Notes under the pieces: generated by a model
Told to the model about the DNA's origin: nothing
Seen by the model: the letters and a program-made list of their open reading frames with translations, nothing else
Databases searched by the model: none
Origin: Candidatus Thorarchaeota archaeon
Lineage (GTDB): Archaea; Asgardarchaeota; Thorarchaeia; Thorarchaeales; Thorarchaeaceae
Direction of reading: 5' to 3'
DNA: 20,147 nucleotides
NCBI GenBank assembly: GCA_048884965.1
Contig: JBHLQH010000037.1
Location: 7,401 to 27,547 of the forward strand
Part shown: piece after piece, positions 1-7,915 of the stretch
Layout: each line of letters opens with the position of its first letter
How positions within the stretch are numbered: the stretch's first letter is position 1
Made by a program: the position numbers and the translations under genes

Positions 1-746
1 CCACCATGCATGAACATATCCATCGCCTTGAGATGCTCCTCTTTTCCATATAGGACGCCCATTCCAGTGGGGCCACACATCTTATGGACAGATACTGCTG
101 AGAAGTCAACGTCAAATGCTTGAACGTCAAGAGGGTGGTGTGGGACATACTGGGCGTCATCAGACATGACTAGTGCGCCTTTATCATGTGCAATCTCGAC
201 GATCTCTTTCAGCGGGGCTACTGTGCCAGTTACATTGGATGAGTGGACCACTGAAACAAGGCTGGTATTCGAGTCTATGGCATTCTTCCATGCTTCTATG
301 TCGAATGTTCCATCTGAGTTTGCTTGAACGATCTCGATTGGATGTCCATCGCGTCTTGCACGCTCGACGAAGGGCAATGAGCCACTATGATGCTCGAGTG
401 AAGTGGTGATTATCTTGGAGCCTTTGGGGAGGTGCACACAACGTCCTACTATGTTCAGGGACTCAGTCGCATTGCGAGTCCATATTATCTCCTCTATCTC
501 ACCCGCGTTGATGAACTTGGCAAACTTGCCTCGAGCTGCTTTGTACGCATTTGAGGCCTCCTCTCCGAGCTTGTGAATGCTGCGACCTCCGCAGGCAGGG
601 TATTGTTCGTAGTACTCATTCATCGCAGCAATGACCTGCTGAGGCTTTAGTGCCATGCATGCGCTGTCTAGATAGACCAATGGCTTGCCATTTATCCTAC
701 GCTTCAAGACTGGAAAGTCTTCTCTGATACGATCCCAATCAGTCAT
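1..746 (-). CDS. sufS: Cysteine desulfurase, SufS/class V aminotransferase family (3' end runs off the window)
   Basis: Not in the ORF track. Manual translation from ATG at 746: MTDWDRIREDFPVLKRRINGKPLVYLDSACMALKPQQV...WTRNATESLN...SLEHHS...DDAQYVPH...SVHKMCGPTGMGVLYGK, including the PLP-lysine motif. Confidence 0.92.
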   Translation of the reverse strand, partial: MTDWDRIREDFPVLKRRINGKPLVYLDSACMALKPQQVIAAMNEYYEQYPACGGRSIHKLGEEASNAYKAARGKFAKFINAGEIEEIIWTRNATESLNIVGRCVHLPKGSKIITTSLEHHSGSLPFVERARRDGHPIEIVQANSDGTFDIEAWKNAIDSNTSLVSVVHSSNVTGTVAPLKEIVEIAHDKGALVMSDDAQYVPHHPLDVQAFDVDFSAVSVHKMCGPTGMGVLYGKEEHLKAMDMFMHG

Positions 747-752
747 CTTCGA

Positions 753-986
753 TCAATCCTTAACAAGCTGCCATCGATAGCCGCCCTTGCCAAATCTCTT
801 GGTGATCAAGCCCAACTCCACAAGCTGATTGGCTGCCACAACAAAGGTATCTCCACCAGCACAATCCGTACACAAATCTGCATACTTGGGGTCTCTAGCA
901 CGCTCAAGTATCTCGGATGTCGTCAGATTATCCTCTTCCTTGAGTATCGTGAGGACACATTGGGCGTTTCTTGATAGGTCGGACAT
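753..986 (-). CDS. Small winged helix-turn-helix protein with a CxxC motif (77 aa)
   Basis: Helix pattern LSRNAQCVLTILKEEDNLTTSEILER, then CTDCAGG, helix VVAANQLVELGLI and wing TKRFGKGGYRWQL. ATG at 986 follows a purine-rich AAGGGGA and is preferred over TTG at 1001. Stop lies 6 nt before sufS. Confidence 0.75.
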   Translation of the reverse strand: MSDLSRNAQCVLTILKEEDNLTTSEILERARDPKYADLCTDCAGGDTFVVAANQLVELGLITKRFGKGGYRWQLVKD

Positions 987-1181
987 TGTTCCCCTTGCCA
1001 AACATAGCTAGTTAAGAAAGCTTCGAAAGCACACGGGATTTTGTCTAAAAACAGGCATGGGTGAAAAGATTCACTTAACATAACGCTTAAATGAATACAT
1101 TCAGGGGGCAGCATGCTCTATTTCTTCTAGGGGCAGGTCAATCCCTCTTGTGCGAAATAGGCAAACATAGGGTGAGTTACT

Positions 1182-1433
1182 ATGGGACGACGACGACGAC
1201 AGAAAGTACGAAGGCGCCCACAAAAAAGGATACCAGATGTCTATCCATGTCCGAATTGTGGAAATACTGCCATAAAGATTGAATTGTATCGCGATAATGG
1301 ACTTGCAACAGTTAAGTGCGGATCTTGTATGATTGAGATGGCTATCGATTCGATCAACTCCCTCTCCGAGCCTGTAGATGTATATGGTGACTTCATTGAC
1401 AAGTTCTACAGAGCAAGAGAGATAGAGGCATAG
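1182..1433 (+). CDS. elf1: Transcription elongation factor Elf1
   Basis: Basic N-terminus MGRRRR, Zn ribbon CPNC...CGSC, and signature EPVDVYGDFID. SD-like GGTGAG at 1171-1176. Confidence 0.93.
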   Translation: MGRRRRQKVRRRPQKRIPDVYPCPNCGNTAIKIELYRDNGLATVKCGSCMIEMAIDSINSLSEPVDVYGDFIDKFYRAREIEA

Positions 1434-1469
1434 GATCTTCATAGTACAGTAGTCATCATTCAGCAATGA

Positions 1470-1476
1470 TTATAAG
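1470..1476 (+). promoter_or_regulatory. Candidate TATA box for the 41-aa ORF
   Basis: TTATAAG about 30 nt upstream of the ATG at 1506. Confidence 0.5.
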
Positions 1477-1505
1477 CACAGTCTATCCGAGGGGACGAGA
1501 TTCCC

Positions 1506-1631
1506 ATGCAGTTTGATCCTGAATTCCTTCGGTCAGTTTTCGGTGTCGTGCTGAACGCACTCGGCATATTCGCCCTAGCATTGATTCTAGCATACACTGT
1601 ATATGGGACAGACCCCACGGAAGAAGACTAA
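1506..1631 (+). CDS. 41-aa single-pass membrane microprotein, Ost4-like candidate
   Basis: Below the ORF-track cutoff: MQFDPEFLRSVFGVVLNALGIFALALILAYTVYGTDPTEED*. One hydrophobic helix, an upstream TATA-like box and GAGGGG, and it fills the gap between elf1 and the next gene. Confidence 0.75.
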   Translation: MQFDPEFLRSVFGVVLNALGIFALALILAYTVYGTDPTEED

Positions 1632-1655
1632 TCCTGTTCGTAGGAGGGTCCATCT

Positions 1656-1889
1656 TTGACCTCTCGACCAATTCTTTTGGTAGCATTTGAGAATGCTGCT
1701 GGACATATAGCAAATCTGGAAATAGTAAAGCAGTGGGTAGACGAGCTACTTTCTGAAGGTCTTCCACTGGCAGAATGCATCTTGAATCTTCAAGAGAGAA
1801 GTATGGAAGAAGACGTGACCTTCAGGACTGATATACGCATACTGATAAACGAAATCGAGCATATTTCGCGGGAGAAGACCTCCGGATGA
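1656..1889 (+). CDS. Hypothetical small acidic helical protein (77 aa)
   Basis: TTG start with GGAGGG upstream. Its stop overlaps the lhr start (ATGA at 1886-1889). Confidence 0.65.
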   Translation: MTSRPILLVAFENAAGHIANLEIVKQWVDELLSEGLPLAECILNLQERSMEEDVTFRTDIRILINEIEHISREKTSG

Positions 1890-4738
1890 GTATGTTCGAG
1901 AAACTTCACAAGGACCTAGTAGATTTTCTTCAGAAGCAAGGAATCACGAATCCAACGGATATCCAAAATAAGGCCATTCCAGTATTGATCTCGGGGACAG
2001 ACAATGCTCTCCTCCTCTCACCCACGGGTAGTGGAAAGACGGAGGCGGCGCTCCTCCCTCTCTTGAACCGACTCTATTCGTACAAGATAAACCATGAATT
2101 GTATGGGAACTATATTCTCTATATCACACCCCTCAAGGCTCTCAATCGTGATGTGATGAAAAGAATAGAATCACTATGCGACCATCTGGGGATCACAGTA
2201 TCTGTTCGTCACGGAGATACAACTCCATATCGTCGGCGACAACAAGCTGTCACGCCTCCAAATCTCCTAATCACGACACCCGAGTCATTACAAGCGATTC
2301 TACCAGGAAAGCGAATGCGCGAGCATCTAAAGAGCGTCTTCGCTGTCATCGTGGACGAGATTCACGAGCTAGCAGGTAGCAAGAGAGGCGTCCAGCTCTC
2401 ACTTGGGCTCGAACGACTATCAAGGATTGTGAATGATGATAGGATGTTGAGAATAGGGCTCTCTGCGACTGTAGGAAACCCAAAGGAAGTAGCACAGCTG
2501 CTTGTTGGATCTAGTAGGGCGATAACGACGATATGGGCTGGCTATTCCTCAAGAAAGATGGACCTTTCTGTAGAGATGCCTACTCCCACTGAGGCGCATG
2601 CCAAGCTGTCACGAAAACTCTCATACCCACCTCACTCAACTGCACGTCTTGAAAGGATAGTACATCTAATTGACGGACATCAGTCGACTTTGGTCTTTAC
2701 GAATACGCGGTCCTTCGCAGAGGTGTTGGGTGTCAAAATGCGCGCGTTAGGTACCTCTTATGAGTTTGATGTTCATCACGGTTCTCTCGCAAAGAACATC
2801 CGATTAGATGCAGAGAATAGACTCAAGCAAGGTATCTCTAAGGCAATTATTGCGACTTCAAGCCTTGAGCTCGGAATTGATATTGGGCAAGCTGATCTTG
2901 TCATCCAGTACTCGTCTCCTCGAGAAGTAGCACGTGCTTTGCAACGAATTGGTCGGTCTGGACATAGCATTGGCAAAATTCCAAAGGGCATTGTTATCTC
3001 TACAGTGAATTTGGACGATATAACAGAGTCTGGAGTCATTCTGAGGAGAGCTCGTCTGAATAAGGTCGAGGATGTCAAGATTCCGACGAAGTCATGGGAC
3101 GTTCTGTCCCAGCAAATCAACGGCATACTTCTAGACCACAATGAGATAGACTATCAGGATCTTCTCTCTTTCGTTCGATCTTCATACCCCTTCAAGGATG
3201 TCTCTGATAGCGATATCAAGTCCTTGCTGGAATTCATGATTGGGCGAAGAATGATCAAGAGAGAAGAAGACCGAGTCAAACAGTATGGGAAGACTAGGAA
3301 AAGCTACTATGAGAACCTAAGTACAATTCCAGATGTGCGGCAAGTAAAGGCTGTGGATATAGCGACGCGATCAAGTATTGGGGTCTTGGATGAGGACTTT
3401 GTGACCCAGAACGTTGCTACAGGTTCGGTATTCGTCATTAGAGGACGACCTTGGCAAGTCGTTTCTGTAGATGAGGATTCAGGGGAGGTTCTTTGTGCGC
3501 CTGCCACTGGTACAGAAATGGATGCTCCAAGGTGGATAGGTGAGATGATACCTGTGCCATATGATGTCGCTATCGAGGTTTCCAAGGTTTGGAATCGGGT
3601 GATTGAATCTGAGGACGACGAACTTACGAGCTTTCTTGGAAAGGAATACGGTCTTTCACTCTCAGCTCAGGACCATCTGATTCGTGAGGTGAAGAAGGCC
3701 TATTTGGAGCTGGGAGCGTTGCCCTCTGAAAAGCTAATTGTTATCGAGGTCTTTGAGGGTGGCGTCGTGATTCATGCACCCTTTGGGACAAAGGTGAACG
3801 AAACCCTCGGAGTCGTCATTGCCGCTCTATTGACGACCCGCCTAGGCTTGCCTGTAGGAGTCGAGAGAGACCCCTATAGAATTCTGTTCACCTCATCAGA
3901 CAGGATATCTCCTAGTCAGATTGTGGATGTGCTCAAGGATTACACAGGAGAACAGATTTCTGAGATTCTACAGCTTGCATTGAAGCACACTCAGACCTTT
4001 GCATCTCGATTCATCCACGTAGGGAAGCGAATGGATATCATCAAACGTGATGCTAAGATACGAGAGGTACCCGTGAAGGGGTTGATCAAATCATTTGAAG
4101 GGACTCCAGTCTACGAAGAGGCGATGCGTGAGGTGCTCTTCGAGAAGCTAGATAAGGCACGAGCCTTGAGTATCTTTGAAGCAGTCGCCAAAGGGAAAAT
4201 TGCAATTCATGAGGTTACTACAGTGGTTCCGTCTCCGCTTGCACGTCTCATAGTCGAGGAGAAAACTCGATTTGAGGTCATGGGAGAGATATCTGATGAG
4301 AATGAGGTTCTCCGGATGATGGAAGAGCGCCTACTGGCAAAGCAATTTAGACTGGTATGTATGGGCAACGGCGATTGGAATTCAGTAAGGACCATCTCGA
4401 CTCTGGACGATGAAGTAAGATGTCCAGTCTGCGGCTCAAAGATGATTGCAGCAGTTTCCCCAGTCATGAACGACTTCGCGAAGCTGGTTAAAAAGAGGGT
4501 CATGAGTAAGCCTCTGACCAAAGAAGAGGAGAAAGTCTACAAGGCAGGTAGCCTGACTGCGGATTTGATCGCACGATATGGGAAGGTCGCACTTATCGTG
4601 CTCGCAGGAAGAGGCGTAGGTCCAACGACAGCCTCAAGGCTTTTACGTCCAGGTATGATAGAGAACAGGATTGCCCTGTTGAAATCAATCGCTAACTCGG
4701 AGAAGGAATATGAGCGCACGAAACCTTTCTGGACCTAG
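1886..4738 (+). CDS. lhr: Lhr-family SF2 ATP-dependent helicase with C-terminal Cys-rich region
   Basis: Motif I SPTGSGKT, Ia TPLKALNRD, RHGDT, TTPESL, II DEIH, III SAT, HHGSL, TSSLELGIDIG, VI QRIGRSGH, and C-terminal CPVCGS. Confidence 0.95.
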   Translation: MSMFEKLHKDLVDFLQKQGITNPTDIQNKAIPVLISGTDNALLLSPTGSGKTEAALLPLLNRLYSYKINHELYGNYILYITPLKALNRDVMKRIESLCDHLGITVSVRHGDTTPYRRRQQAVTPPNLLITTPESLQAILPGKRMREHLKSVFAVIVDEIHELAGSKRGVQLSLGLERLSRIVNDDRMLRIGLSATVGNPKEVAQLLVGSSRAITTIWAGYSSRKMDLSVEMPTPTEAHAKLSRKLSYPPHSTARLERIVHLIDGHQSTLVFTNTRSFAEVLGVKMRALGTSYEFDVHHGSLAKNIRLDAENRLKQGISKAIIATSSLELGIDIGQADLVIQYSSPREVARALQRIGRSGHSIGKIPKGIVISTVNLDDITESGVILRRARLNKVEDVKIPTKSWDVLSQQINGILLDHNEIDYQDLLSFVRSSYPFKDVSDSDIKSLLEFMIGRRMIKREEDRVKQYGKTRKSYYENLSTIPDVRQVKAVDIATRSSIGVLDEDFVTQNVATGSVFVIRGRPWQVVSVDEDSGEVLCAPATGTEMDAPRWIGEMIPVPYDVAIEVSKVWNRVIESEDDELTSFLGKEYGLSLSAQDHLIREVKKAYLELGALPSEKLIVIEVFEGGVVIHAPFGTKVNETLGVVIAALLTTRLGLPVGVERDPYRILFTSSDRISPSQIVDVLKDYTGEQISEILQLALKHTQTFASRFIHVGKRMDIIKRDAKIREVPVKGLIKSFEGTPVYEEAMREVLFEKLDKARALSIFEAVAKGKIAIHEVTTVVPSPLARLIVEEKTRFEVMGEISDENEVLRMMEERLLAKQFRLVCMGNGDWNSVRTISTLDDEVRCPVCGSKMIAAVSPVMNDFAKLVKKRVMSKPLTKEEEKVYKAGSLTADLIARYGKVALIVLAGRGVGPTTASRLLRPGMIENRIALLKSIANSEKEYERTKPFWT

Positions 4739-5330
4739 GAAGAAGGTTCCCTTGATTGTGTTTGCAGGTAGGAGCAATGTTGGAAAAAGTAGTACAATAA
4801 GGGTACTTACAGGCATGAAGGTGAGAGTCGGAAAGAAACCGGGGAGTACTAGGTGGGAACAGGAGATAGATATGGGCTCGGTCAAGTTCGTAGACATCCC
4901 TGGATTTGGTTATATGAGAGGGCAAAGCAAGGAGGAAATAGACCAGACAAAGGATAGGATCATCAAGAACTTGGAGGAATGGCGTGAGCAGCTGGCTCTA
5001 GCTGTTCTAATAATTGATATTTCGCTCTTTAGAGAACTCTTCGAGAGATGGGATGCTCGGGGTGAGATACCTATTGATGTTGAATTCTATAGCTTCCTCT
5101 CTGAAATCTCACCTGCGGTCATAGTGGTTGCCAATAAGGTCGACAAACTGAAGAAGAGGGAGGCTCAAAGAGAGATTGCCTATCTTGAGCAGAAGCTGGT
5201 CGACGCAGTGCCAACAAAGCCTCCAAACATTGTGGTTACTGCGGCTAGCAAGAAGATGGGAGCTACAAAGCTGCAAAAGATGATCGAGTCATTGCTGAAG
5301 AGTGGGGGCATATCGCCCCCAGACTGGTGA
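4710..5330 (+). CDS. engB: GTP-binding protein EngB/YihA family
   Basis: G1 GRSNVGKSS, G2 KKPGST, G3 DIPGFG, G4 NKVD. Overlaps the lhr 3' end. Confidence 0.9.
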   Translation: MSARNLSGPRKKVPLIVFAGRSNVGKSSTIRVLTGMKVRVGKKPGSTRWEQEIDMGSVKFVDIPGFGYMRGQSKEEIDQTKDRIIKNLEEWREQLALAVLIIDISLFRELFERWDARGEIPIDVEFYSFLSEISPAVIVVANKVDKLKKREAQREIAYLEQKLVDAVPTKPPNIVVTAASKKMGATKLQKMIESLLKSGGISPPDW

Positions 5331-5332
5331 TT

Positions 5333-6421
5333 CTATTTTGTCTTCTTGAATAGGTATATTGCAACACCAACGACAAGAATCACAGATGAGAGGAGTGCCA
5401 TCGGGACTATTGCGTCTGGGCTATCAACGAATCCGTCGGTCAGCCATGATAACATGTTCATGAACAGCCGTGAATTGTCAGCTTGATAGAACCACTGCTC
5501 TTCTGCATCATCATAGGGAAGTGTCTTCCCAGTGAACATGATCGCAGAACCAGAGATTATCACTCTACTGCCATCATACTCGAATGCGGACATCCATGCA
5601 GGTAGCGTTCCGTTAATGGAAGAATATGAGTCAGGATTCTCCGCGAACTCTGCAAGGGTCATATTCGGATAGGTAAGATTGGCAAAAGAGTTCGGACCAG
5701 CACGATATTGAGCGAATGTCGTGTCATAGCTACGTGCGATCACAGATGCTCCATTGCTCGGTTTCAATGATGCGGTCATCGTCACGAGGGAATTGATATC
5801 CTTGAAGATTGGATGTGAAGCATCCCATGTCGATGGGTCCAGTTGGAGAACATAAGGCATCGATGTTGCATTGAGTGAGCGATCATAGTCGAACATGGAA
5901 TCGCTCCAAATGTTTTGAGTTCTATTGATTAGACTGAATCGAACACCAGTGATATTGAGCTGATCTAGGATTCCATTGACTTCTTTGTTATCCCCTATAT
6001 CACGAAATGTGATTTGATTCCAATACTCGGTATTATTCTGATCAATGACGGGATTGCCAAAAAGGAGCAAAGAGCTTCCATTCGTCATCATCTGATCAAT
6101 TGCTAGGATTTCTTCATTCTCGAACGCAGCGGTATCATCAGGATCGGCAATAATCAATACATCAACACCATTGAGAATAGTGGTGTTTAGTGGCTCCTCA
6201 TTTACTCGAACGATGTATCTTGTTGACTCATTCACCATATCGAGCATCAACTGGAAGCCTTCATCGTCTACGGAGAACTGAGGGTTATGACTTGCATCAT
6301 ACATCACTACCAGTGGATCCAGCTCGCCAGCTTGTGCACATACTGTGCCTTGGACACTGGATAGAACTATCATCAGAGTCATTGTCAGGACTATTAATTT
6401 CGAATAGGTTCTGATGCGCAT
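5333..6421 (-). CDS. Exported type I membrane protein with a GIFT/GATase-like domain
   Basis: N-terminal signal peptide; VVMYDASH, VDVLIIADP...EEILAIDQMMTNGSSLLLFG, RVIISGS and DNSRLFMNMLSWL motifs; C-terminal TM helix ending FKKTK; 10 N-x-S/T sequons. Confidence 0.8.
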   Translation of the reverse strand: MRIRTYSKLIVLTMTLMIVLSSVQGTVCAQAGELDPLVVMYDASHNPQFSVDDEGFQLMLDMVNESTRYIVRVNEEPLNTTILNGVDVLIIADPDDTAAFENEEILAIDQMMTNGSSLLLFGNPVIDQNNTEYWNQITFRDIGDNKEVNGILDQLNITGVRFSLINRTQNIWSDSMFDYDRSLNATSMPYVLQLDPSTWDASHPIFKDINSLVTMTASLKPSNGASVIARSYDTTFAQYRAGPNSFANLTYPNMTLAEFAENPDSYSSINGTLPAWMSAFEYDGSRVIISGSAIMFTGKTLPYDDAEEQWFYQADNSRLFMNMLSWLTDGFVDSPDAIVPMALLSSVILVVGVAIYLFKKTK

Positions 6422-6512
6422 TGTGGGCTCAACTCGGTATAATTGCTCGACAGCGTGCCACAGCCTAGGCCGTGTTTTAAAGTTATCCTCAGGTAGAAGA
6501 AAGTACTACTAG

Positions 6513-6914
6513 TTAATCAGTTCTACGCCACTCTACATAGAATTTCCGTCTATCTGAATCAGTTGATTCCACGGATTGGTACTGTTTTCTAGACTCGGCA
6601 ATTTTCTGAGCGAATAGGTGATAGCACATGTTTGATTCGCGGGAGATGACTACGTCTTGGTAGAAGCTTCTGCAAGTGCAGTACGTGTCAGGGATGACAA
6701 GGTATTCTCGTCCTCTCCCTTTGACGATCCAGGTCTTTGTATCGCTAGGAGAGAAGTGATATCGTTTTACCTTATTTTCCTCCACCGATCTTAGTGCCCT
6801 AACGAAACGTTTCCCATACTTCTCGGTGAAATGCTGGATATCTTCCTGAGTGAGTACCTTCTTCTCCAATTTCTTGATTTCGTGAGGAGGCAATATCATC
6901 TTGCTCATTCTCAT
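6513..6914 (-). CDS. SWIM zinc-finger protein (SWS1/ZSWIM7-like)
   Basis: WIVKGRGREYLV...YCTCRSF...MCYHLFA matches the CxC...CxH SWIM motif. Start may be 6908. Confidence 0.85.
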   Translation of the reverse strand: MRMSKMILPPHEIKKLEKKVLTQEDIQHFTEKYGKRFVRALRSVEENKVKRYHFSPSDTKTWIVKGRGREYLVIPDTYCTCRSFYQDVVISRESNMCYHLFAQKIAESRKQYQSVESTDSDRRKFYVEWRRTD

Positions 6915-6929
6915 GTGTACAGAGTCACG

Positions 6930-6938
6930 TTAAAATTA
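6930..6938. promoter_or_regulatory. Candidate shared TATA element between the divergent SWIM and phosphoesterase genes
   Basis: TTAAAATTA in a 48-bp intergenic gap, at promoter-like distance from both starts. Confidence 0.45.
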
Positions 6939-6962
6939 TGTGTATTGCATTGTCCGGATAGC

Positions 6963-7793
6963 ATGGAATACATCTTCGATGATAGAGCCCTCATCCTACG
7001 GAGTGAGGAACTTACTGTACTAGTAGCTACTGACCTCCATATTGGATATGAGATTGATACGCTTGAAAGGACAGGTGCAGCGTTCCCCGACCAAAAGGAG
7101 CCACTACTCAAGCGCCTTAAAGCATTGGTTGATAGATATCACTTGGATCACATCTATCTTATCGGGGACATAAAGCATTCAATTGGAGTAGATAGAGCAT
7201 ACAACTGGAGGGAGATCCCTTCCTTTATGGAGGAACTATCAAGATGGGTGGATCTCACTGTGATTCCAGGGAACCATGATGGTGATGTGATAGCCCTGCT
7301 TCCTCGAAATGTGCATCTAGGGGATGTCCATGGTGAATTAGCTCCTTTTGACTCTCACAGGATAGGTCTTATCCATGGACACGCTTGGCCATCATCAGAG
7401 GTGCTTGAGTGCGACACCATTGTCATGGGACATAATCATCCGACGGTGCGACGAGTAAAGGATGTATCATCGCCACAGATAGGTAGACCTGATCGGAAAC
7501 GGGCATCTCATATCATCCCTGTAGCTCTGAAGACGAAATTGGACAGGGACTGCGTAAGGAGAGCACAAGAGCAACTTGAGATAGGGGATGGTACTTCGAC
7601 TCTGGTGGTGCTTCCTAGTTTCAATGATCTTCTTACTGGGGTATATGTGAATCGTCCTAATGTCAAGCTCCAAGGTCCAATCTTCGATAATTATTGTGTG
7701 ACGCTTGTTAATTCGGAGGTCTACAGTAGTACGGGTATATTCTTAGGCACAATAGAGATGCTTCAAAAGCAGTTCTTAGATTCGGGGCAGTAA
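6963..7793 (+). CDS. Metallophosphoesterase (calcineurin-like, ICC-like/MPE family)
   Basis: DLHIG, GDIKH, GNHD, HGH, GHNHP and LPSFN motifs. Start reassigned to ATG 6963 because the 6831 start overlaps the SWIM gene. Confidence 0.9.
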   Translation: MEYIFDDRALILRSEELTVLVATDLHIGYEIDTLERTGAAFPDQKEPLLKRLKALVDRYHLDHIYLIGDIKHSIGVDRAYNWREIPSFMEELSRWVDLTVIPGNHDGDVIALLPRNVHLGDVHGELAPFDSHRIGLIHGHAWPSSEVLECDTIVMGHNHPTVRRVKDVSSPQIGRPDRKRASHIIPVALKTKLDRDCVRRAQEQLEIGDGTSTLVVLPSFNDLLTGVYVNRPNVKLQGPIFDNYCVTLVNSEVYSSTGIFLGTIEMLQKQFLDSGQ

Positions 7794-7800
7794 CGAAATC

Positions 7801-7807
7801 ATTAAAT
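7801..7807 (+). promoter_or_regulatory. Candidate TATA box of the tRNA gene
   Basis: ATTAAAT preceded by BRE-like CGAAA, about 30 nt upstream of tRNA position 1. Confidence 0.5.
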
Positions 7808-7834
7808 CGCTCTCGCAGTGGTTTCACTAAGTAC

Positions 7835-7911
7835 GGGTCGGTAGTCTAGCTTGGTATGATTCTTGGTTCGGATCCAAGAGGTCGGGCGTTCAAATCGCCT
7901 CCGGCCCACCA
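7835..7911 (+). tRNA. tRNA-Pro(CGG), intron-less, CCA encoded
   Basis: Acceptor stem GGGTCGG/CCGGCCC, discriminator A, CCA; anticodon stem CTTGG/CCAAG with loop TTCGGAT; T arm GGGCG-TTCAAAT-CGCCT. Confidence 0.96.
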
Positions 7912-7915
7912 TTCA

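Noticed and set aside
173-409. 78-aa plus-strand ORF
   Set aside because: Antisense shadow of sufS.
1016-1030. Near-palindrome GCTTCGAAAGC as an operator for the wHTH protein
   Set aside because: Short, imperfect and single-copy, so compatible with chance.
1101-1181. Possible structured leader upstream of elf1 (G-rich and C-rich patches)
   Set aside because: Pairings are weak and ambiguous, with no recognisable RNA motif.
1101-1767. Minus-strand ORFs of 121 and 94 aa
   Set aside because: Antisense to elf1, the 41-aa ORF and the 77-aa gene, and they carry no motifs.
2176-4925. Short alternative-frame and antisense ORFs inside lhr and engB
   Set aside because: Shadow ORFs of well-supported genes.
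6831-6962. N-terminal extension of the phosphoesterase in the ORF track
   Set aside because: Overlaps the SWIM gene and the shared promoter; family similarity starts at ATG 6963.
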